From Leptospira sp. (GTDB lineage: Bacteria > Spirochaetota > Leptospiria > Leptospirales > Leptospiraceae), in NCBI GenBank assembly GCA_034439575.1, contig JAWXAQ010000029.1, forward strand, positions 1 to 64,000: DNA of 64,000 nucleotides, in the 5' to 3' direction. The notes under the pieces are model-generated. The model was not told the origin of the DNA and did no database searches. It saw nothing but the letters and a program-made list of their open reading frames with translations. A program made the translations under genes and the position numbers. This document shows, in pieces, positions 52,959 to 62,790 of this stretch (position 1 is the stretch's first letter; each line of letters starts with the position of its first letter).

Positions 52959-54242
52959 ATGACAACTTTTTGGATTTTAGGATATGCGTTTTACTTATAC
53001 CTGATTGCAACCTATCTTCAAAGAGATAATTTGTTTTCGGTCATTGGATGTTTCACTCTTGCTTTTAGTATTTACTTTTTTTTGATTCCTATTGTGAAAA
53101 AAAATAGTATACGCGTGATATTTTATGCCGCTATACTTTTCCGTTTTGTCACACTTTTCCATCTGCCAACGTTAAGTGATGATTTCTATCGATTTCTTTG
53201 GGATGGTTATTTGGTTTTTTCAGGCGAAAATCCCTATCTTAATACACCACAATATTGGATGAATTCAAATTTGCTAACGAATACACCAAATGAATTGGAT
53301 CTATTATATGATAAAATGAATAGTAGAGAATTTTTTTCGGTGTATCCGCTTGTTTCTCAAGCTTTTTTTGTTATCCCTTGGATATCTGGTTTTCAGACTA
53401 TTGAAGCACAATCATTGATTCTAAAACTAATACTATTTACATTTGAAATTGGAAATTTATTTTTGTTGAAACAGAATCATCCGAAGAGCATCAACTATTG
53501 GTTATATGCTGGAAATCCCTTATTGATATTGGAATCTGTCACAGAAATTCATCTTGAATCCATACTAACATTCTTTATGTTATTATTACTCTCAAGAGGG
53601 GTTCAAATTCGAAAATTCATTTTTTATTTGTTTTTTGTAATCTTAATTCATATAAAAATAAATTTAATTTTTTTAGCACCGGCTTTTTTCAAACGATTAA
53701 ATAAAATTCATAAGTTCAGTTTTGTTCTTATCTCTTTGCTTTGTATTTTTTCCATTTTTCTTACAGTATTTTATAATTTGGGTGACCAAACAAGAAGTGG
53801 AATAGGATTATTCTTTCACTCATTTCGCTTCCATTCTCTCATGGAGATGCCAATTTATTTAATTTTATTCTTAATTCCTAAATTCCAATACTTATCAGGA
53901 TTTATTTCGTTAATTTTGGGCGGAATTTTATATTTATATCTACTTAGAATCAAAACTATAGATGATAATGGTTCGGTATTTTTGGGCTTACTGATATTAT
54001 ATTTATTCTCGCCCGTTGTGCATCCATGGTACATACTTCCTGTCTTCGCATTAAGCATAAGAAGTTCTTCATTTGAAGTTATGATCACAGTATTAAGTGT
54101 TTTTGCCGCATTCTCGTATATTTTTTATTTCAATAATTCAATGATCATACAAATTTTATTTTCTCTCGTAGAGTCTATGTTTGTTGTAGGATATGTATGG
54201 ATAAAGAAGCCCTCATTATTTTCGCAAAAAACCCAATCTTAG
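52959..54242 (+). CDS. Polytopic GT-C-type (GT87-like) membrane glycosyltransferase
   Basis: LSDDFYRFLWDG..G.NPY loop, SVYP, SPVVHPWY, about 10 TM segments. Confidence 0.72.
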   Translation: MTTFWILGYAFYLYLIATYLQRDNLFSVIGCFTLAFSIYFFLIPIVKKNSIRVIFYAAILFRFVTLFHLPTLSDDFYRFLWDGYLVFSGENPYLNTPQYWMNSNLLTNTPNELDLLYDKMNSREFFSVYPLVSQAFFVIPWISGFQTIEAQSLILKLILFTFEIGNLFLLKQNHPKSINYWLYAGNPLLILESVTEIHLESILTFFMLLLLSRGVQIRKFIFYLFFVILIHIKINLIFLAPAFFKRLNKIHKFSFVLISLLCIFSIFLTVFYNLGDQTRSGIGLFFHSFRFHSLMEMPIYLILFLIPKFQYLSGFISLILGGILYLYLLRIKTIDDNGSVFLGLLILYLFSPVVHPWYILPVFALSIRSSSFEVMITVLSVFAAFSYIFYFNNSMIIQILFSLVESMFVVGYVWIKKPSLFSQKTQS

Positions 54243-54799
54243 GTAAAGTTAAAACTCGCCTGGCTTCCAAAATTGGCGATAAACACACATTAACTGTTTA
54301 TTTAAAATTTCTCGAAATGGTGAATGAATTTACCATTAAACTTTCGTTAAAAAAGGCTGTATATTGGGCAGATGGAATTCCAACCGATCAACCATTCCCA
54401 TCAGATATTTACTCACATCATAACCAAGTGGACGGGGATTTAGGACTTCGTATGTGGACTGCATTTAATACCGAATTTGAAACAAAGGATAGAGTTTGTA
54501 TCATTGGTACTGATTGTATCGAATTAAGTGCAGAATTGATTGAGATAAGTTTTTTAAAATTGAAAGAATATGATTTAGTTATAGGTCCAGCAATGGATGG
54601 CGGTTATTATTTGCTAGGTACCAAAAATAATTATATAGAATTGTTTGAGAATATGGAGTGGAGTGTGCCTTCGGTTCTGGACATAACATTAGATAGAGCT
54701 TCTCAACTCAATCTTTCTGTGTACCTTTTACCAACATTGAGAGATGTCGATACCTTGGAAGATTTGATGGATATGAAAAATAAATTCCTTATTGATTAA
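54197..54799 (+). CDS. DUF2064 / TIGR04282-type transferase (CofC-like fold)
   Basis: IIFAKNP..GKVKTRL, Q.DGDLGLRM, IIGTDC, GPAMDGGYYLLG, DVDT..DL. Confidence 0.85.
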   Translation: MDKEALIIFAKNPILGKVKTRLASKIGDKHTLTVYLKFLEMVNEFTIKLSLKKAVYWADGIPTDQPFPSDIYSHHNQVDGDLGLRMWTAFNTEFETKDRVCIIGTDCIELSAELIEISFLKLKEYDLVIGPAMDGGYYLLGTKNNYIELFENMEWSVPSVLDITLDRASQLNLSVYLLPTLRDVDTLEDLMDMKNKFLID

Positions 54800-55337
54800 C
54801 GATTTTGTATTCTATTCTTCTTTGTAATTTTTTATCATCCAAGTTCAATCCATGTTTTAACGGACGTGAGTCGCCATAAAATAGACGATGAATTCTTTCG
54901 GTCTTAATCCCGTGAATCACTAAGAATCGTTCTACTTCTAAAGTTCTTTTTTCACTCAAAAGAATGTTAGCTTGCGAATTTCCTTCGTCCCAGGCATGAC
55001 CATATATATATAAAACTTCTAAAGGATTGTTGGTTAAATGATCTGAGATTTTTTGCAAAACTAGAAGATCTGAATTTTGAATTTGGATGGACTTTTTTGG
55101 AAAATAAAAAATACCTTCTCTTGCAAATTCCAACTGTTTAGTTTTTTTAGCAATGTCTTCATCCTGGTAATCATCGGCGTAAAGAAATGAATTTTGATAA
55201 TTAACAATGTAAGTTAAAAACGAAAATACAGTTATAAAAAGATAGATTAAACGTAATAAGAACTTCACATATCTATTTTCGGATATTCGCGTTGCACAAG
55301 TAATGCTCAGAAAAAAAAATGTCAAATAATATGTCAC
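54789..55337 (-). CDS. OmpA/MotB C-terminal domain protein
   Basis: IYGHAWD..N..LSEKR..V..FL...GI...R....YGDSRP...RRIE. True start may be GTG at 55268. Confidence 0.78.
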   Translation of the reverse strand: MTYYLTFFFLSITCATRISENRYVKFLLRLIYLFITVFSFLTYIVNYQNSFLYADDYQDEDIAKKTKQLEFAREGIFYFPKKSIQIQNSDLLVLQKISDHLTNNPLEVLYIYGHAWDEGNSQANILLSEKRTLEVERFLVIHGIKTERIHRLFYGDSRPLKHGLNLDDKKLQRRIEYKIVNQ

Positions 55338-55376
55338 TTATGCTTTGTATGAGGATTTTTTTGAAAGGTTTAGAAT

Positions 55377-56393
55377 ATGGATCTTAAGAGTTTGGCTGAA
55401 AAATTAGGTGGAGAATGGAATGGTGATCCAAATCTTCAAATAACAGGAATTAAAGATTTAGAACATCATTCGCCAGTGCATCAAAATTCGATTTATTATA
55501 TAGCTTCCAAAAAGTATCTCACAAAACATCCGAAATACAAAGATGTAAAAATTGCACTAACGATCGCTAGCCTTTCAGATAAATTCCAAAATGCGATCAT
55601 TGTACCTGAACATATATCGAAGGTGAAGTTCATACAGGCCGTTTCTTTATTTGAAAAGAAACCAGAATATGAATTACGAATCTCTGAACGAGCCAGTATC
55701 CATCCTACTGCAAAAATTGGAAAGAACGTCACAATCATGGAGAATGTCGTAGTCCAAGAAAACGCGACCATTGGAGATAATTGCATTCTTTATCCAAATG
55801 TTGTTTTGGAATCCGGAGTTGAGATAGGGGAGAATACTATCTTAAAATCAGGCGTTGTTATTTATTATAACTGTAAACTTGGAAAAAATAATTTAATCCA
55901 TTCAAACACTGTGATTGGAGCCGATGGTTTTGGATTTTATGATTACGGTGGAATCCGATATAAAGTACCTCAGATTGGAAACGTCGTGATTGGTGATGAT
56001 GTAGAAATGGGTGCAAATTGTACGGTCGATCGTGCCGCTTTAGAGGAAACAACAATCGGCAACTTTACGAAGTTTGATGATCATGTACATATTGGTCATA
56101 ACTGTAGAGTAGGAAATTATGTTTATATTGCTGGAGCCACAGTTCTCGCAGGCTCCGTGACAATAGAAGATGGTTGCATATTAGCAGGTCAATCCGCTGT
56201 CGCCGAACATTTAACGATGCGTAAAGGTTCTATTTTGATGGGGCTATCTGGTTTGACTGAAGAAGCGAAGGAAAAGACCGCTTATTTTGGCATACCAGCC
56301 AGGCCAGCTTTGGAAATGCATAGAATCAATTCTTCTTTGGGTAGTTTGCCTGAATTAATTAAAAAGTATTTGAAACGGAAATCTGAAAATTAA
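55377..56393 (+). CDS. lpxD: UDP-3-O-acylglucosamine N-acyltransferase
   Basis: Hexapeptide repeats, [33 protein letters not shown]. Confidence 0.93.
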   Translation: MDLKSLAEKLGGEWNGDPNLQITGIKDLEHHSPVHQNSIYYIASKKYLTKHPKYKDVKIALTIASLSDKFQNAIIVPEHISKVKFIQAVSLFEKKPEYELRISERASIHPTAKIGKNVTIMENVVVQENATIGDNCILYPNVVLESGVEIGENTILKSGVVIYYNCKLGKNNLIHSNTVIGADGFGFYDYGGIRYKVPQIGNVVIGDDVEMGANCTVDRAALEETTIGNFTKFDDHVHIGHNCRVGNYVYIAGATVLAGSVTIEDGCILAGQSAVAEHLTMRKGSILMGLSGLTEEAKEKTAYFGIPARPALEMHRINSSLGSLPELIKKYLKRKSEN

Positions 56394-56394
56394 T

Positions 56395-56823
56395 TTATTT
56401 TTCTAAAATATTTTTAACACGCAAAATGTTTTCTTGCATTTGGGTAGAAAGGTTTCCTTTCACGATCCCTTCGCTTAATCGAAGTAAACCTTTTAATTCC
56501 ATTTGGTCAGTGATCTTAAGTACTGTCCCTTCATTGACTGATTCAAATTCATATTTGTCTTCGAAGTTTAAAAGATTGTTTTCACAAGTTGCGATAAAAA
56601 ATACATTTTCTTTTAATTCTTTAATTCTATATATTTCGCTTAAAGAAAATAATCCAAAATTGATTTCAATTTTAAAGCTCGGTAAGTGTGACTTGGGATC
56701 CGAAACTTTGATCGAAGACTTGATACATGTGTTATACTCTGTTTGATTCTCAAGTGAGTATAAATATTTATATACTTCTTCTAATGGGCGAGCAATGACA
56801 ACTTCAGCCTTAGTAATGATCAT
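56395..56823 (-). CDS. SRPBCC/START-fold protein
   Basis: VVIARPLEEVYKYL...N..EY start and a C-terminal helix. Confidence 0.75.
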   Translation of the reverse strand: MIITKAEVVIARPLEEVYKYLYSLENQTEYNTCIKSSIKVSDPKSHLPSFKIEINFGLFSLSEIYRIKELKENVFFIATCENNLLNFEDKYEFESVNEGTVLKITDQMELKGLLRLSEGIVKGNLSTQMQENILRVKNILEK

Positions 56824-57171
56824 TTATTTTTTTGATTCAGCGATCCAGTTTTTCCAAATTTCGGGCACATAACCGACAGTAGCTCTTTTCCCATCTCGAA
56901 CAATGGGTGTTTTGAATAAAAGTGGATTTGCCAATAACATTTCTTCTTTATCATATACCATATACTTGAGATTTTTATCTTCATAGACTTTGGATTCGGT
57001 GTCGATTAGCGAATCTAAGGTGACGGAATTAAGAATGGATCTAAGTTCTCCCTTACTCAATTCTTTTTCCGAAAGATTTATAAATTGGAAAGGAATTCTA
57101 CGTTCTTGAAAGTAGAGTTGTGCTTTTTTACTTTCTTTGCACTTTTTTGTGCCAAAGATCTGAAGGTTCAT
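56824..57171 (-). CDS. ArsC/Spx/MgsR family protein
   Basis: IFGTKKCKESKKA, PLLFKTPIV...ATVGY. Confidence 0.85.
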   Translation of the reverse strand: MNLQIFGTKKCKESKKAQLYFQERRIPFQFINLSEKELSKGELRSILNSVTLDSLIDTESKVYEDKNLKYMVYDKEEMLLANPLLFKTPIVRDGKRATVGYVPEIWKNWIAESKK

Positions 57172-57407
57172 CCAAAAATTGATTTTTTAAAGTCTTCTAA
57201 CAGAGGTTCGGAGCCACTCAACATAAGTTCAATTTGATCTTTGTCGAGGTCATACATGACATGAGCCTTTAGGTATTCAGTGAATTCATCGCTGTTGAGT
57301 TTTTTTTGATCAAAACTTTCTTTTAAAAAATTATACCAAGCGGCAAGGATCACTTTTTGGTGAGCAAGCTCTTTGATCCCGATCGTGATGATTTTAGAAG
57401 GTTTCAT
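57168..57407 (-). CDS. Small hypothetical protein
   Basis: 79 aa ORF with ATGA overlap into the ArsC-family gene. Confidence 0.65.
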   Translation of the reverse strand: MKPSKIITIGIKELAHQKVILAAWYNFLKESFDQKKLNSDEFTEYLKAHVMYDLDKDQIELMLSGSEPLLEDFKKSIFG

Positions 57408-57447
57408 AGGAATCTTTCTCCAGAATTTTAGTGAGATCCTGGCATTG

Positions 57448-58266
57448 TCAATCCAAAAACCTGTGCATGACTGAAAAATAGAGATTCCAGGAACCAGAAT
57501 TCATATCTAACTTACGTAAGAACTGGGAAGTGCTCACATTGGCATCAAATACTTTTGAATCATCAAAGACTCCTACTTTTCCGCCACTTCCTAAATAGAA
57601 ACTGGAAGTTTCACCATTATAGTTACCTGAAAAACTTGCAATTGCAATGTGATGATATCCGACACCAATTTGAAATACATTATTGTCACCTAACATCTTG
57701 TTTATGTTTGATTCCGCCCTATACCCTAGTCCATTCCCTCGCAAATTTCCCCTTTGTTGAAAAAAACTTTGATTATTGGATTCGCCACCACCACTATATC
57801 CTCTGATTTGCCAATCTGCTGAAACAAAACCCATTCCCAATCCATTTTCCCATTCCCAACCCCGTGAAAGGTTTGTCACAAAATGATAAGTCCCAAATAC
57901 ATGATAGGAATAAATTTCATTTTGAAGTTTTGTTAAATAAAAATCACTACTAACTTCCGTTAAAGCTAACTTGGAAAGATCTTGCCTGCCAATAATGATT
58001 CCTATTTTTGAATTTGAATCAAGAAAATATCTCGCTAAACCTTCGTAAGTTGAAGTGGTGTTTCCACCATTTAGCTCTACATCAGAAAAAACCAATGGAT
58101 TAAAACTTGTGGAGAACCCTCGCAAATCCGAATCAAATCGTCCAGGCACCCGGAAACCTTGGCCATAGCGCAAACCAGCTTCCCAAGGGCTCGCAAAGAA
58201 TCCATCACCTATAAATGTGAGCAGATAATAACAGACTAAGAATTTGAAGACAATAGGTCTTGACAT
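57448..58266 (-). CDS. Putative outer-membrane beta-barrel protein
   Basis: Signal-like N-terminus, alternating aromatic/Gly strands, C-terminal WNLYFSVMHRF. ATG 58266 preferred over TTG 58296. Confidence 0.65.
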   Translation of the reverse strand: MSRPIVFKFLVCYYLLTFIGDGFFASPWEAGLRYGQGFRVPGRFDSDLRGFSTSFNPLVFSDVELNGGNTTSTYEGLARYFLDSNSKIGIIIGRQDLSKLALTEVSSDFYLTKLQNEIYSYHVFGTYHFVTNLSRGWEWENGLGMGFVSADWQIRGYSGGGESNNQSFFQQRGNLRGNGLGYRAESNINKMLGDNNVFQIGVGYHHIAIASFSGNYNGETSSFYLGSGGKVGVFDDSKVFDANVSTSQFLRKLDMNSGSWNLYFSVMHRFLD

Positions 58267-58301
58267 AACAATTTCATCCAATTTCGTAAGGAACAACTCC
58301 T

Positions 58302-60551
58302 ATGGAAACATTCTTTCAAAGTGATTCAAAGTTCTCTCTTCTTTTGGGTTCGGACGTGCTCAGTCCTTATTTTTATTTGGTATTGATAACGGGCGTCTAT
58401 CTGAGCATCCGATTGGGATTCCCTCAAGTTCGATTCCTATTTTTATCTTTAAAAATTCTAACCGGAAATATGGACTTTAAAGGCTCTAAAGGCCAATTAG
58501 TACACTCTCAGGCTTTTTTCGCTGGTATAAGTTCCTCTTTACTTACGGGTTCCATCATTGGAACGGCACTCGCTGTTGCTTATGGTGGAATCGGTGTTAT
58601 CTTTTGGATTTGGCTTGTTACATTTTTAATTATGCCACTTCGTTTTGTTTCCTCCACTTTGGCTGTCAAATTTCGTAACCAATTACCAAGTGGCCGTTAT
58701 CTTTCAGGACCTATGTATTTTATCGAAAAATCCTTACGTGCCAAATGGTTGGCTGTGGCATTTTCTTTTACTGCGATATTGACAGTTCTTAGTTTTGGGG
58801 GAGTGTTTCCATTCCTAAGTTTAACTTTTATCGCTAAGGAAGGTTTAAACTTTTCAGGAATGTCGGGACCGATTTCCATTTCTGTCATTTTACTTTTTAT
58901 CGTCGTTGGTGGGATTCGTCGTGTTGGAAAAGCGGCAAGTTTTATCGCACCTCTTGGCTTGATACTTTTTATCCTCGCCTACTTTTCGTTATTCGGATCA
59001 GATTTATCTCCCTTCTTTCCCTATTTGAAAGAAATTTTTGTCCAGGCGTTTACCTTAAAAGCGATAGAAGGTGGTGGATTATTTGGAATTCTTAGAACCA
59101 TATCTGTTTCGTTAGGTGTATTTTTCTTATCAACGGAAACTGGCATTGGAAAATCTGCAGGTCTAGCAGGAGTGGTTCGAACTGATTATGCCGCTAAACA
59201 AGGATTAGTGAGTATGCTCGCTACCTTTTTTGAAGGTTTTATCATGGCGACTATGATTGGTTTTGTTTTGTATTCATTTGGTGCCGTCACTGTCGAATCT
59301 GTATTGGCATTTCCTGAACGCATATTAGAAAATAGAGAAAGCCTTCCTGCCATCATGTTATTTTCCGCTATATTATTATTTGGAGTATTGAGTCTTGCTG
59401 GATGGTTTTATACAGGGGAACAAAGCGCATTTTATATTTTCGGTGAAAAATTTGCCAATTTCTTTAGAATGCTTTTTGTAGGATCCATACTATCCTCAGC
59501 ATATCTTTATATTACAAATGGAGAAACAGTATTTTTATTTGTGATGAAATTTGGTTATATGATGGCATTAATTACTTCAGTGCCACTACTCGTAGCACTC
59601 TTGTTACTTGGTAAATCTGCCAATTTAGAATTGAAAAAATACATTTCAGAATCGGGTGCTCGTTATGAAATTTTGAAAGACATCTATTTGTTATTTTTAA
59701 CATTGCTTCCAAAAAATTTAATCTCAAAATTATTTGGATACTTTTCTACTTTAAAATTGCCTCGTTTTATGATGATCACGATTTTGAAAGCCTTTGCCAA
59801 AGCTTACAAAATCAATTTAGACGAAGCCGAATTGGAAATCAAAGAATATGCCTCTCTGAACCAATTTTTTACTAGAGCCCTCAGAGCCGAAGCGCGCATT
59901 ATTGATTCCGCGGAAAACGCTGTCGTATCTCCTACAGATTCAAAAATTACAAGTTTTGGAAATATAAACGAATCAACTATCATTCAAGCGAAAGGAATCG
60001 ACTATTCCGTAAAAGAGTTGTTAGGCTCTGAGAAACATTATAAATCTTTTACAAACGGAAAGTACATTACTTTTTATCTTTCGCCACAAGACTATCATAG
60101 GATACATTCACCATTTTTTGGTCAAATTTTGGGTTATTATTATGAACCAGGAAAATTATTTCCCGTTAATGACTTAGCCGTATTAAACATTAGAGGATTA
60201 TTTCCAAAAAATGAAAGGCTCATTACTTTTTTACAAACCGAATATGGAAAAATCGCTGTCATTAAAGTCGGAGCGTCTAACGTCGGAAAGATTCGTGTAA
60301 CATACGATAATAAGATTGTTACAAACAATTGGATACGTTTTTCAAAAGAACATGAATATAAAGATGTATCCATTATGATAGATAAAGGATCGGAACTCGG
60401 AAGATTTGAAATGGGTTCCACTGTTATATTAGTTTTTGAAAATGAAACCATTGATATAGACCCAAGCATTACTCTTGGAGATAAGGTACAATACGGTACG
60501 GTCGTCGGCCAATTTCGCAAAAAAATAACCAAACTTCCAGTTAAATCTTAA
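58302..60551 (+). CDS. psd: Alanine/glycine:cation symporter-like domain fused to phosphatidylserine decarboxylase
   Basis: AGCS features ([35 protein letters not shown]). C-terminal PSD with [33 protein letters not shown]. Confidence 0.9.
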   Translation: METFFQSDSKFSLLLGSDVLSPYFYLVLITGVYLSIRLGFPQVRFLFLSLKILTGNMDFKGSKGQLVHSQAFFAGISSSLLTGSIIGTALAVAYGGIGVIFWIWLVTFLIMPLRFVSSTLAVKFRNQLPSGRYLSGPMYFIEKSLRAKWLAVAFSFTAILTVLSFGGVFPFLSLTFIAKEGLNFSGMSGPISISVILLFIVVGGIRRVGKAASFIAPLGLILFILAYFSLFGSDLSPFFPYLKEIFVQAFTLKAIEGGGLFGILRTISVSLGVFFLSTETGIGKSAGLAGVVRTDYAAKQGLVSMLATFFEGFIMATMIGFVLYSFGAVTVESVLAFPERILENRESLPAIMLFSAILLFGVLSLAGWFYTGEQSAFYIFGEKFANFFRMLFVGSILSSAYLYITNGETVFLFVMKFGYMMALITSVPLLVALLLLGKSANLELKKYISESGARYEILKDIYLLFLTLLPKNLISKLFGYFSTLKLPRFMMITILKAFAKAYKINLDEAELEIKEYASLNQFFTRALRAEARIIDSAENAVVSPTDSKITSFGNINESTIIQAKGIDYSVKELLGSEKHYKSFTNGKYITFYLSPQDYHRIHSPFFGQILGYYYEPGKLFPVNDLAVLNIRGLFPKNERLITFLQTEYGKIAVIKVGASNVGKIRVTYDNKIVTNNWIRFSKEHEYKDVSIMIDKGSELGRFEMGSTVILVFENETIDIDPSITLGDKVQYGTVVGQFRKKITKLPVKS

Positions 60552-60552
60552 A

Positions 60553-60876
60553 ATGACAAATTCCCAATTAGCAACGATTCCCAAAGAAATCAATTTTGAT
60601 GACAATGAGCTTCATATTCTTTGGAAAGACGGATTCGATTCCAAATATTCACTGTTAGATTTGCGAAAAAATTGTCCCTGCGCGACTTGTCGAGGTGGGC
60701 ATGGTGGCAAAGTGGGGGCAGCGACAGGAAATATTTCTACCATTAAGCTCATTTCATGGACCAAAGTGGGTCGATATGCCATCTCCATCGTATGGAGCGA
60801 CTACCATAACACTGGAATTTATTCTTATGACAATTTGCGAGCCTATTCGGAGGGAAAAGAGTCGGCTTTCGATTGA
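60553..60876 (+). CDS. DUF971 (gamma-butyrobetaine hydroxylase N-terminal-like) protein
   Basis: LRKNCPCATC, VGRYAISIVWSD.HNTGIYSY..LR. Confidence 0.85.
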   Translation: MTNSQLATIPKEINFDDNELHILWKDGFDSKYSLLDLRKNCPCATCRGGHGGKVGAATGNISTIKLISWTKVGRYAISIVWSDYHNTGIYSYDNLRAYSEGKESAFD

Positions 60877-60881
60877 TTTAG

Positions 60882-60944
60882 GTCACTTTTTGTCAAACTA
60901 GAAAAAAACTAGGTGACAGAAAAAATCACATTATGTCACATTAT
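60882..60944 (+). promoter_or_regulatory. Phased (G/A)TCAC repeats upstream of fliY
   Basis: GTCAC 60882, GTCAA 60892, GTGAC 60913, and TCACATTAT at both 60926 and 60936. Confidence 0.45.
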
Positions 60945-60970
60945 CCTAAGTTTTCTCGGAGAAATAGGGT

Positions 60971-62044
60971 ATGGGTGAAGGTTCGCTCTCACAAGACGAA
61001 ATTGACGCACTTTTACAAGGTGCAGACGATACATTTGATTTGTCATCACTAAGCTCGAGTGCTCCCTCGGGAGGCGATAGCTTATCTCCTATTGATCGCG
61101 ATATTATCTCCGATATAGTCGGCTCTTCATTTCAAATTGCTGGAAATACACTCGGCACAATACTTGCGAAAAACACGCGTTTCATGAATCCGGCAACTGA
61201 GTCTGGTTCGGCGACAGACATTCAAAAAGAATTCGGCTCAAAAATGATTTGTTTGTATTCAAATTTGAGCGGAAGTGTTGCTGGAAAAGTTTGCCTCATT
61301 ATGGCTCAGGAAAATGCGGCCAAAATAGCCGGTGTAATGATGGGAGGAATGACTCCTCCTGGCCAATTAGACAACGCCCAATTGCAAACTTTAAAAGATA
61401 GCATGTCACCTATCATTGGTACTGTTACAGCACAGATAGGATTAAAATTAAATGGTTCGATGTCTGGCACACCAGCTGACATCACTTTGGTTGAGTCTCC
61501 AAGAGATTTACAACTTCCTGACGATAATAGTTTAGTAAAAACAACTCTTAGTCTAAATATTGATAGTGTTGGATCGTTTAAGGTCTATTATCTGATCGGA
61601 CTAAACATGGCTCATTCCATATTGGACATCCAAAAAGGTGGAGCCCAAAAATCTGCCGCGAGCAGTGGGGGAATGAATGTTGCTGTTCCTGGAGCTGGCA
61701 TGGGCCTCGGGATGGGGCAAAGTTCCGTCGGCATCAAGGGAGTCAATTTCCCATCTCTTGCAAATGCGGGAGCAGGTCCTGGCCAAACAAATTTAAATCT
61801 TTTAATGGATGTTCAAATGGCTCTCACTGTGGAGCTCGGAAGAACTAAAATGTACATCAAGGATATTTTAGGACTTGGTGAAGGTTCTATTATCGAATTG
61901 GATAAGTTAGCTGGTGAGCCAGTTGACTTACTTGTGAATGGAAAGCTCATTGCTAAGGGCGAAGTTGTAGTCATCGATGAAAACTTCGGTGTACGTGTAA
62001 CTGATATCGTTAGCCCAACAGACAGACTCAAAGGCGAAAAATGA
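60971..62044 (+). CDS. fliY: Flagellar motor switch protein FliY (CheC-like + FliN domain)
   Basis: LSQDEIDALL N-peptide, CheC-like middle, C-terminal LLMDVQMALTVELGRT...GEVVVIDENFGVRVT. Confidence 0.92.
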   Translation: MGEGSLSQDEIDALLQGADDTFDLSSLSSSAPSGGDSLSPIDRDIISDIVGSSFQIAGNTLGTILAKNTRFMNPATESGSATDIQKEFGSKMICLYSNLSGSVAGKVCLIMAQENAAKIAGVMMGGMTPPGQLDNAQLQTLKDSMSPIIGTVTAQIGLKLNGSMSGTPADITLVESPRDLQLPDDNSLVKTTLSLNIDSVGSFKVYYLIGLNMAHSILDIQKGGAQKSAASSGGMNVAVPGAGMGLGMGQSSVGIKGVNFPSLANAGAGPGQTNLNLLMDVQMALTVELGRTKMYIKDILGLGEGSIIELDKLAGEPVDLLVNGKLIAKGEVVVIDENFGVRVTDIVSPTDRLKGEK

Positions 62045-62790
62045 TCTCTATGAAAAGTTGGCATAATAAAACGGATAGGGTACTTATGTACTTTGTATGC
62101 CTTCTTTCATTCATATTTTCTATTTCTCTTTCTGCTCAAAATTTGAATCAAGACCAAAAAGAAATGGATCAGATTTTACGAAAAGAGCTAGGGATCAATC
62201 CTGAATCAAAATTAAAGAATGAAACTCCAACTAACGAAGATAAGAAAGAAGTAAAAGAAGAAAATCCGATCCAAGAACGATATGCAGAAAATGCAGAAGA
62301 TTCTCCTTCGGCAACTTGGATACTTTTAAAAATATTATTTGTTTTGGTAATCCTTGTTGGTGCTGGCTATTTTCTCGTTCAAAAAATGCAACTTTCGAAA
62401 GCGGCACGTTATCCTGTGAAAGGATTTATGAAAGTACTTTCGACTCTTTCTCTCACTCCCACTCAGTCTGTGCAAATAGTGGAAGTAGGAAGTCGACTTT
62501 TGGTGTTAGGTGTCGCAGATGGATCAGTTTCACTTATTTCTGAGATTACATCTCTAGATGAAAAAACGCAAATCAGTAAAATGAAAGAAGAAGCGGATCC
62601 ATATACTCCGAATTTTCTAGAAACATTACTTGAAAGTTTGCAATCAAAGGCCAATCAGAAAAAAATCAGAATCAATAAAAATCTCCTCGAATCAAATGAA
62701 CTTTCATCTGATTTAGATGTGCAAAAAAAGACTCGCGAAGGCCTGGAGAGACTAAGGAAACATAGAGAATTACTAGAAGGTGGTTCCTAA
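62041..62790 (+). CDS. fliO: Flagellar biosynthesis protein FliO
   Basis: TM segment then [24 protein letters not shown]. Position between fliY and fliP. Confidence 0.82.
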   Translation: MISMKSWHNKTDRVLMYFVCLLSFIFSISLSAQNLNQDQKEMDQILRKELGINPESKLKNETPTNEDKKEVKEENPIQERYAENAEDSPSATWILLKILFVLVILVGAGYFLVQKMQLSKAARYPVKGFMKVLSTLSLTPTQSVQIVEVGSRLLVLGVADGSVSLISEITSLDEKTQISKMKEEADPYTPNFLETLLESLQSKANQKKIRINKNLLESNELSSDLDVQKKTREGLERLRKHRELLEGGS

